Shown in pieces: positions 8,059 through 15,618 of a stretch of 36,787 nucleotides of DNA. The notes beneath the pieces were generated by a model. It was not told where the DNA came from. It did not search any database and saw only the letters and a list, made by a program, of their open reading frames with translations. Source of the stretch: a virus (lineage: Duplodnaviria; Caudoviricetes); IMG/VR virus record IMGVR_UViG_3300021085_000089, positions 1-36,787 of that record; one strand, written 5' to 3'. The position numbers and the translations under genes are program-made. Each line of letters opens with the position of its first letter. The first letter of the stretch is position 1.

Positions 8059-9596
8059 TGGCTTATAAGGCAGATAGATTTAGAGTAACTAATAAAGGAC
8101 TTAGAGACAAGTTGCGTGGACATGCTGACTTGGACTTTGGTGTGTATATTGGTGAAATTATTGTAAGACCAAAAGATGCTACACATAGTGGTAGGCTTAC
8201 AGTTTATATTCCAATGTTAAGTAAAGACAGAGATGATCCTAACGGGTACTACAATGCATATTGGAGTAGTCCATTTGCTGGTAGCACACACTCAGCAAAA
8301 ATAGGACAAGATGAACAAGTATATGGTTTCCATGATACACAAAAAACATATGGTATGTGGATGGTACCACCTGATCCAGGTAACTTTGTATTAGTATGTT
8401 TTGCTGATGGTAAAAGAAAATTTCCAGTTGTAATAAGTTGCTTATATCCTGATCAACTACAACACATGGTTCCGGGTAATGCGGCCGGTCCTGCATACGG
8501 TACTAACTTAAAAGTTCCAGTTGCAGAAAAAAACAGAAATGAAGAATCTGTTAGTCACAGCATAAATGCAAGAAGACCTATAAACCCTTATGTAACAAAA
8601 GCAATTTTAGAACAGGGTTTAATAAATGATGCAGTTAGAGGAATCAGTGTATCTTCTGCAAGGCGTGAATCACCAAGTCAAGTATTTGGAATACTTACAC
8701 CTGGCCCAGAAGTAGCAAATAAAAGAAGTAGTAAAAAAGATAATACTCACAGAGAACCAGGACATAGCATTGTTCTAGATGATGGTGACATTGAAGGCGA
8801 CAGCAAGAATGTTAGAATTAGAACTGGAGGCGGACACCAAATATTACTCGATGATACATCTGGTGACATTTATATTATAAACAAAAAAGGAACTGCATGG
8901 ATAGAAATGTCAGATGCAGGAGATATAAATGTATATGCTGAAAGAGATTTTAATATGAGAGCAAAAGGCAATGTAAATATTAGGTCTGATAAAAATTTAA
9001 ATCTAGAAGCAAATTCTTCAATATATGTACAAGCCGGAGAATATGAAACTGCAGACCAAGTTATAGATGTTGATGGTAATCCAAAAGGAAACTTTAGCCT
9101 CAACATAAGTAATCAAACAAACTGGTTAAACAAAAAAGACTTTGTGTTACAAACAGATAGCACTGGTGCAATTCATCTTACATCTCAAACAAAAATACAT
9201 CAATCTGCAATCGGCGACATTGATGTAGCATCAGACGGTAAACTTAAAGTTTTCGGTGCTAGTGGAGTTGATATTAAATCTGGGTCAACTATAACATCAC
9301 AAGCAAGTGGTAGAAATAATGTACTTGGTTCTAGTGTACACTTAAATGATGGTGGTAGTGCCCAGCAGGCAGAAAAAGGTAAAGTTGCAACACCACATCC
9401 TATAAATCAATTCCAAGATCAACCAATTGAAAAACCTACTTGGGAATATCCAGAAAATCCAGACGATATAGACCAGAATACTGATCCAATGCCTACACAA
9501 GGTAAAAGGGATGGTGTTAAAGCCACAATAAAAAGTTTACTGAGTCTTATTACTACTAGAGAACCTTGGGAGTATCGTCCTAAGAACGATGACTAA
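8058..9596 (+). CDS. gp5: Baseplate central spike gp5/VgrG-like (OB-fold plus beta-helix), no recognisable lysozyme domain
   Basis: GVYIGEI...D...SGRLTVYIP and GMWMVPPDPGNFVLVCF OB-fold motifs; RIRTGGGHQILLDDT and GTAWIEMSDAGDINVY followed by beta-strand repeats. Confidence 0.85.
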   Translation: MAYKADRFRVTNKGLRDKLRGHADLDFGVYIGEIIVRPKDATHSGRLTVYIPMLSKDRDDPNGYYNAYWSSPFAGSTHSAKIGQDEQVYGFHDTQKTYGMWMVPPDPGNFVLVCFADGKRKFPVVISCLYPDQLQHMVPGNAAGPAYGTNLKVPVAEKNRNEESVSHSINARRPINPYVTKAILEQGLINDAVRGISVSSARRESPSQVFGILTPGPEVANKRSSKKDNTHREPGHSIVLDDGDIEGDSKNVRIRTGGGHQILLDDTSGDIYIINKKGTAWIEMSDAGDINVYAERDFNMRAKGNVNIRSDKNLNLEANSSIYVQAGEYETADQVIDVDGNPKGNFSLNISNQTNWLNKKDFVLQTDSTGAIHLTSQTKIHQSAIGDIDVASDGKLKVFGASGVDIKSGSTITSQASGRNNVLGSSVHLNDGGSAQQAEKGKVATPHPINQFQDQPIEKPTWEYPENPDDIDQNTDPMPTQGKRDGVKATIKSLLSLITTREPWEYRPKNDD

Positions 9597-9787
9597 GCAA
9601 TTAGTGTAGTGTTCTTCTCTGCCAATCTCTTATAAGCATTATATTTTTGCTCTTCGAGATCTTTGATATTACGTTGCAATAGTGTAACAAGTGTTTCAAG
9701 TTCAACAATTTGTTTCTTTTGCTCACACACAATTATTCTAAGTTCTTCTTCTAGTGTATTATTTAATGTTACGTTTTGATTACTCAT
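9593..9787 (-). CDS. Small coiled-coil hypothetical protein (64 aa)
   Basis: Heptad pattern of L/I/V with E/K/Q; start overlaps the end of the hydrolase gene; stop overlaps the gp5 stop. Confidence 0.7.
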   Translation of the reverse strand: MSNQNVTLNNTLEEELRIIVCEQKKQIVELETLVTLLQRNIKDLEEQKYNAYKRLAEKNTTLIA

Positions 9788-10409
9788 TGAAAATCTTTTC
9801 TTTTAAGATGCCTACTACATCGTAACTTAGTAAAACTTCGGTATGACTTAACGCAAATTTTATGTCAGTTACATTATTAAAATTGTCAGGATATGATTCT
9901 TGTGTTAGAACCGTTAGTAAACCATCGTTTCTTTCTTGACCAAATCCTGCTAATACATTACCACCTCCAGATGAACCTGTGGTAATAATATTAGTTATCT
10001 CAAAATTATTGTTTAAGTTAGATAATGACTGAATTATGTCACTATCTGGTCTTGTGTTTTGAAACAGTTTACTTTGCCTGAAAACTAAGTTTAACCACTT
10101 AGCAGTTCTACTACCTTTCCAAGGAGCACTTAGAGAAATAAAGTTTTCTACCTTTGAATCAATGCGATTAGCAAGATACATACCTAGTAGACAACCATAA
10201 CTGTGACATACAAGGTGTACTTGCTTACCGTCTAAGTTGTCTACATAGTAATTGTGGAATCTATCTACAATGTCATCAAAATCTTCATGAACGTCGTACT
10301 CTAAACAATGAGAATTATGTTCAGGTAGAAATAAATTATAGTATTCATAACTTAGAGCAGACTGCCCAGTGCCATGTAAAAAAATTATATTTCTAGTTTC
10401 TAAAGGCAT
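9780..10409 (-). CDS. Alpha/beta-hydrolase (lipase/esterase-like), about 209 aa; likely start MPLETR at 10409
   Basis: FLHGTGQS oxyanion motif, CHSYG nucleophile elbow, SLSAPWKGS, NDGLL (Asp) and LSHTEVL (His); GGAG at 10423-10426 upstream of the internal ATG. Confidence 0.85.
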   Translation of the reverse strand: MPLETRNIIFLHGTGQSALSYEYYNLFLPEHNSHCLEYDVHEDFDDIVDRFHNYYVDNLDGKQVHLVCHSYGCLLGMYLANRIDSKVENFISLSAPWKGSRTAKWLNLVFRQSKLFQNTRPDSDIIQSLSNLNNNFEITNIITTGSSGGGNVLAGFGQERNDGLLTVLTQESYPDNFNNVTDIKFALSHTEVLLSYDVVGILKEKIFNE

Positions 10410-10668
10410 TCTTGATAAGCATCTCCATGTCTTTAAACTCTTTTGGTATCTTATCCTTTTGCCCAACTAAGTTGACCATCTCGAATAGAACATACTTTTT
10501 AGTGAAGGAATCATATAATCCTACAGACTCAAAGCGATTCTTTTTCTTAGATACCATTTTATGAAAACGGTTACCATAACCCAGTGACTGATCCGAGTTT
10601 GCTAACTTTCTGTTGGCTTTCTCGGCATTTTTGCAAATATTGTCAAAATATTCTATAACGTTACGCAT
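10393..10668 (-). CDS. Hypothetical basic protein, about 91 aa; likely start MRNVIEY at 10668
   Basis: ATG at 10668 preceded by AGGA (10677-10674); first gene after a sigma70 promoter; fills the gap without conflict. Confidence 0.7.
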   Translation of the reverse strand: MRNVIEYFDNICKNAEKANRKLANSDQSLGYGNRFHKMVSKKKNRFESVGLYDSFTKKYVLFEMVNLVGQKDKIPKEFKDMEMLIKNAFRN

Positions 10669-10698
10669 TTTTTTCCTATAATGTGTAAAATATGAATT

Positions 10699-10720
10699 AA
10701 ATGTGATTTTCATCACACGC
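10699..10720. promoter_or_regulatory. CRP/FNR-family-like operator TGTGA-N6-TCACA
   Basis: AAATGTGATTTTCATCACACGC: perfect TGTGA (10702-10706) and TCACA (10713-10717), 16/22 to the E. coli CRP consensus; intergenic, just downstream of a -10 box. Confidence 0.5.
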
Positions 10721-10725
10721 CATAT

Positions 10726-10754
10726 AATATATATTAAAGTACTTACAAAGTCAA
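10726..10754 (-). promoter_or_regulatory. Sigma70-type early promoter for the three-gene cassette
   Basis: Minus strand TTGACT (10754-10749), 17 nt, TATATT (10731-10726), with an upstream A-tract; same -35 context as the gp55 promoter. Confidence 0.75.
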
Positions 10755-10771
10755 CCGTTTTTTTGGTTTAT

Positions 10772-10803
10772 TTAAAACGTGTTTTAAAGGTTCTTGATAA
10801 ATA
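10772..10803 (+). promoter_or_regulatory. Late promoter GATAAATA (10796-10803) with perfect upstream dyad TTAAAAC-GT-GTTTTAA (10772-10787)
   Basis: Same spacing as at 4596 and 32713; directly precedes gp25. Confidence 0.8.
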
Positions 10804-10808
10804 TTGAT

Positions 10809-11180
10809 ATGGCAAACATATATCGAGGCTTTAGTACAATAGGAAAAATTAGACCCCCGTATACACTAACGGACGGTGAACTAATTAAGACCGACTTACT
10901 CAATGAGCTCAAGGCAAAGAAAGGCGAGCGAGTAATGAGACCTTCTTTTGGTACTAGGATTGAAGACATGCTTATGAACCCACTGGACAAATTTCTTGTC
11001 CAAGAAGTAGAAGATGAGGTTCGTAGAGTAGTAGAGAAAGATTCTAGAGTAGAACTACAAGACATATTCACCGAAGCACTTGATCATACTGTTAAAATTG
11101 TAGTGAATCTTAAAATATTACCTTTTCTAGATGAAGAAGTACTATATTTAGATTTTGCAAGAAATAATACAGAGACTTAA
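10809..11180 (+). CDS. gp25: Baseplate wedge subunit gp25 (sheath initiator); likely start ATG 10809
   Basis: YRGFST, LTDGELIKTDLLN, KKGERVMRPSFGTRIEDML, DSRVEL: GPW/gp25 family motifs. Confidence 0.9.
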   Translation: MANIYRGFSTIGKIRPPYTLTDGELIKTDLLNELKAKKGERVMRPSFGTRIEDMLMNPLDKFLVQEVEDEVRRVVEKDSRVELQDIFTEALDHTVKIVVNLKILPFLDEEVLYLDFARNNTET

Positions 11181-11182
11181 AG

Positions 11183-14100
11183 ATGGCGATAAACAGCAGA
11201 CAAAATAATCTATTCGCGGCTGAAGATTGGGAAGTAGCCTACCAGGCATACAGTCAAGTAGACTTTCAAGCATATGACTTTGATACTATTCGTACAGCAA
11301 TGGTTGAATATATCAGAACTAACTTTCCAGAAAACTTTAACGACTATATAGAAAGTTCAGAATTTATAGCAATTATAGAATTGCTGGCATATCTTGCTCA
11401 AAGTATTGCATTTAGAATGGATGTCAATACCAGAGAAAACTTTTTAGAAACTGCTGAAAGAAGAGACTCAGTATTTAAACTTGCTAGGCAATTAGGTTAT
11501 AACCCTAAAAGAAATATTGCGGCAAGTGGCTTAGCAAAAATAGTTAGTGTTGCAACATCAGAACCTTTAACTGATAGTTCAGGTACTCCTCTAAACAATA
11601 GAACAGTAAGTTGGAATGATGCCAACAACCCAGACAGTTACGAACAATTTATTACTATATTAAATAGTGCATTCGGTAACGTCAACAGATTTAGTAAGCC
11701 TGTTAAGTCAGGCACAGTTGGAGGCATTGCTACTGACAAGTACGATGTTAAAACTCCTGCAAATGCTCCTTTAACATTTAACTACAAAAGAGATATAAAT
11801 GGTATTAGTAGAGCATTCGACTTTGTAAATGTAGAATTCGACGATGCAGGTTTCTTTTATGAAAAGCATCCAGATCCACAAAATGATTTTTCTATAGTAC
11901 ACAGAAATGATGGATTGGGATTATCCAGTAACAACACTGGTTTCTTTATGATGTTCAAACAAGGAACATTAGCCAGCCAAGAATTTAACTTTGCACAACC
12001 AGTAGAAAATAGACAACAAACAGTTGGTGTAGATGACATCAACGAAACAGATGTTTACTTACAACAAATAGATGCAGATAGAAGTGTACTAGCAAAATGG
12101 GAAAAAGTACCTAATACAATTGGACAGACACTAATGTACAACGTGAAGGCAAAACAAACACCATTGCTTTATGCTGTACAAAATTTAGGTACTGGTGGCA
12201 TCAACTTGCAATTTGCAGATGGTAACTTTGCTAATGTACCTGTTGGGAACTATAGGCTATACTACAGAACTAGTGATAATGAAAGATTCAGTGTACAGCC
12301 AGATGACTTTGGTATTGTAACAACATCTATACCTTATGTGAATGGCGATGGTAAAAACTACGAACTTACAATTACAACAAGATTAGAAAATGCTGTGAAC
12401 AACAGTTTACCTGCAGAAAGTATTGCAGGCATTAAAGAAAGAGCACCACAATCATACTACTCACAAGATAGAATGATTAGTGCCCAAGATTACCAAGTAC
12501 TCCCTTTAGCAAAAAGTACTAATATCTCAAAACTTAAAGTAACAAATAAAACACATGCTGGGCATAGTAGATATATAGATATTACAGACCCAACTAGCAC
12601 ATTCCAAACTACAAGTTCGATTGCAGAAGATGGTGCATTGTATTCAGAGACTTCAAACTCTTCAGATTACTTTAATTTTGATAATGTAAATACACCGTTG
12701 GATTTTGTAAATACAAAAATACCAACTATACTAAAAAATCAAAAACTGAATGATTTTATATACAGTGATTTTAGAGATTCATTCTTAGATACTGCATCTT
12801 ACAAAGATACATTTAATTTAGAACTATTTAATATTGCATGGAATACATTACCTAAAAAAGATACAGGTAGTAAAGGTTTCTTAACAGAAACTTATACAAC
12901 AAATAATGCTATTGATTTAAATACAGCCAATAACTTATTTAAGATTATACAAGAAGGCTCAGTAATGAAGTTTTATGACCCTGCTAATGTAGGTGATTAT
13001 AAATGGGCAAAAATAATATCAATTACAAACAATGCAATTAGAACTGCTAGTGGTACTAATGTTGACGGTCCTATTACACTAGACAGAGAAATTCCAAATG
13101 GATGGAAATCAGATCAAATAATTACTGTTTTAAGAAAAACATTATTTGCATTAGAAAGAACAGAACTGCAAACAGCATTAGCAAACAAAAGAACTTTTGG
13201 TTTGAGATTTGACCCAACTGACAATAGATATTATATTATAGAAAATAATGACTTATCAGACGACATAGAATTTAGTATTGCAAACAGTGGAGACGAAACA
13301 GGTGGACAAGCAGACGCAAGTTGGCTTTTAAAATTTACTTATGTACCAGTAGATGCTTCAGCATATAGATACAATATAGAAATTAGAGGCACTCAATTTA
13401 TTTTTGAAAGCCTAGAAGAAGTTAGATTCTATAATGTGAATACCAATAGAATACAAGATAGTGCAACAGGCTTGGCACTATACGATACTGTTGAACTTAC
13501 AACATTAAATGTAAGACCAAGTTTTAGCGAAGTGTTTGAATGGAGAGATACAAACGATAACAACATCGGTGATAAATGGTATCTTGTATCAACAGGTGAT
13601 ACATTTGCTAATATACCTCTTATTTCTAGAAACATCGAATATAGTGATTTAGAAGTTAGTATTACATCTAACTTTGGCTTATGGAAGGAAGGCTCTTCTT
13701 CAAGTGGAGAATTTGTTGATGAAATAACATTACAATTAGGCACAAGTCCAAATACAACTGACGATGCAAACGTTGTTGTAGTAAAGAACTCCGGACTTGT
13801 TGATAGTTTACCAATTGTAAACGTTGCATTTACAAATGCTACATTTGGTGTAAACATATTAGATAACAATGGTAACATTTCTTACTCATATAACAAAGAA
13901 GGCACATCTTTTAATAATAACAGAACATTGGCACCGGGTGCCGCTGGTGATGGCTTTGGGTTATTCTTACTTGATAGTAATGTTACTACCCAATCAGGTA
14001 ACTTGCAGATTAGATTAAACGAAAGACAACACTATGGTGCAGATAGTACTGCAAGACAAAATAGAAGTGACACTATAGAAATTAGATATGTTACAGATAC

Positions 14101-15613
14101 AACAAGATTAGATGATCCAATAATTTATAGTGCAATTGGAAACTTCACATATCAAGATGGCTTTACTGATCCTAAAAAAATAAAAGTAACTCCTGTAAAT
14201 ACAGAAGGCGGTGATGCACCAAATAATCCTATACAATTTGCAGACTTTGTAGGTAGAGATGATATAGTTTTATTTGAACAATACGAAGAGTTTGATGGGT
14301 ATACTTATACAAGACCTGTTAAATCAGGCATATTAGATTTAAGAAAAGAAAATGGTGTAAACTTTAGTTCAGACTATTCACGAATTGCTGGAGACAGTAT
14401 AGGTGATGCAGAAAATAATACAGGTACTGTACATTTAACAGACGATTATGCATACTTCTTAGTTAAAACTAAAGGAGTTATTGAAGGCTCGGGCAATCCT
14501 AATACATCATTTGATAACACCATTGGAAAGTTGCATAATAAAAAAGTTTATGCAAAAGCAGATGGCAAAGTTTATCAACTGTCAAAAAGTAGTACAAATT
14601 TATCAAGAGTATCTCATTATGAGTCTTCTTCACATTTTGCTAAAAAAGGAAGAAGTTTTACACAAAACTCAAAAGCAAAAAGACAACAACCGGTTGTATT
14701 TAAATGGAATCATATTGCAGACAATAGTGTGCGAATAGATCCTAGTATTAGTAATATACACGAAATGTTTATTTTAACAACAACATATTACAACGAAATG
14801 CAATCATATTTAAATGTACCAGGTACAGATTATCCTACACCACCAACTCCGTCAGAATTAGAAACAGAGTTTATGCATTTAAATGATTTAAAATCTGCAA
14901 GTGATCAACTAGTTTTCAGAAGTGGTAAATTTAAATTATTATTTGGTGATGATGCAGAACCAGAATTACAAGCAAGATTTAAAGTTGTTAGACTTCCAGG
15001 TACAAGTTTAAGTGACAACGAAATTAGAACGCAAGTTATTGCCGCAGTAAATAGATATTTCAATATTGAAAATTGGGACTTTGGTGATACCTTCTACTTT
15101 ACAGAATTAAGTAGTTACATACATCAGCAAGTTGGTAATGCAATAGGTAGTATTGTTATAGTACCTAAAACTGCTAGTGGTGTATTTGGTGATTTATTCC
15201 AGGTTAAATCAGACGCAGATGAATTGTTCATAAGTACTGCAAACATATTAGACATTGATGTCGTAGATAAACTTACACAATCTAATATTAGACCAGACAA
15301 ATCATCAACAGGACTCTTAACAACATATGACGGTGCTACCAATCAAGTAGGGCCATATGCTATAAATGGATACTATCCATTATATGCAACTAAAGAAGCA
15401 GGTGACTTTGCTGGCGATGGCACTAGTCATACACATGAATTCTTTGGTAAAGTATTTTACATGCCAAATGGCATAATGCATTATCATGGAACTTATGTAT
15501 TAGATCAGAGTGTTAGCGAAAGTGGAACAGGAAATACAATAACATTGAACAACACGTTGTCAAATAATTCAGCAGGCAACACAGGAAGTGGTTCATCAGG
15601 CAGTGGATATTAA
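11183..15613 (+). CDS. gp6: Baseplate wedge subunit gp6-like, enlarged (1476 aa)
   Basis: YDFDTIR...FNDYIESSEF, ENFLETAERRDSVFKLARQLGYNPKR, LQFADGNF, ESIAGIKERAPQSYYSQDRMISAQDY are gp6/baseplate J-type motifs; follows gp25. Confidence 0.9.
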   Translation: MAINSRQNNLFAAEDWEVAYQAYSQVDFQAYDFDTIRTAMVEYIRTNFPENFNDYIESSEFIAIIELLAYLAQSIAFRMDVNTRENFLETAERRDSVFKLARQLGYNPKRNIAASGLAKIVSVATSEPLTDSSGTPLNNRTVSWNDANNPDSYEQFITILNSAFGNVNRFSKPVKSGTVGGIATDKYDVKTPANAPLTFNYKRDINGISRAFDFVNVEFDDAGFFYEKHPDPQNDFSIVHRNDGLGLSSNNTGFFMMFKQGTLASQEFNFAQPVENRQQTVGVDDINETDVYLQQIDADRSVLAKWEKVPNTIGQTLMYNVKAKQTPLLYAVQNLGTGGINLQFADGNFANVPVGNYRLYYRTSDNERFSVQPDDFGIVTTSIPYVNGDGKNYELTITTRLENAVNNSLPAESIAGIKERAPQSYYSQDRMISAQDYQVLPLAKSTNISKLKVTNKTHAGHSRYIDITDPTSTFQTTSSIAEDGALYSETSNSSDYFNFDNVNTPLDFVNTKIPTILKNQKLNDFIYSDFRDSFLDTASYKDTFNLELFNIAWNTLPKKDTGSKGFLTETYTTNNAIDLNTANNLFKIIQEGSVMKFYDPANVGDYKWAKIISITNNAIRTASGTNVDGPITLDREIPNGWKSDQIITVLRKTLFALERTELQTALANKRTFGLRFDPTDNRYYIIENNDLSDDIEFSIANSGDETGGQADASWLLKFTYVPVDASAYRYNIEIRGTQFIFESLEEVRFYNVNTNRIQDSATGLALYDTVELTTLNVRPSFSEVFEWRDTNDNNIGDKWYLVSTGDTFANIPLISRNIEYSDLEVSITSNFGLWKEGSSSSGEFVDEITLQLGTSPNTTDDANVVVVKNSGLVDSLPIVNVAFTNATFGVNILDNNGNISYSYNKEGTSFNNNRTLAPGAAGDGFGLFLLDSNVTTQSGNLQIRLNERQHYGADSTARQNRSDTIEIRYVTDTTRLDDPIIYSAIGNFTYQDGFTDPKKIKVTPVNTEGGDAPNNPIQFADFVGRDDIVLFEQYEEFDGYTYTRPVKSGILDLRKENGVNFSSDYSRIAGDSIGDAENNTGTVHLTDDYAYFLVKTKGVIEGSGNPNTSFDNTIGKLHNKKVYAKADGKVYQLSKSSTNLSRVSHYESSSHFAKKGRSFTQNSKAKRQQPVVFKWNHIADNSVRIDPSISNIHEMFILTTTYYNEMQSYLNVPGTDYPTPPTPSELETEFMHLNDLKSASDQLVFRSGKFKLLFGDDAEPELQARFKVVRLPGTSLSDNEIRTQVIAAVNRYFNIENWDFGDTFYFTELSSYIHQQVGNAIGSIVIVPKTASGVFGDLFQVKSDADELFISTANILDIDVVDKLTQSNIRPDKSSTGLLTTYDGATNQVGPYAINGYYPLYATKEAGDFAGDGTSHTHEFFGKVFYMPNGIMHYHGTYVLDQSVSESGTGNTITLNNTLSNNSAGNTGSGSSGSGY

Positions 15614-15618
15614 AATAA

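Noticed and set aside
10410-10808. Longer starts in the ORF track (10466, 10716 and 10794; likewise 32735)
   Set aside because: They overlap promoters or upstream genes and lack an RBS; internal ATGs at 10409, 10668, 10809 and 32750 fit better.
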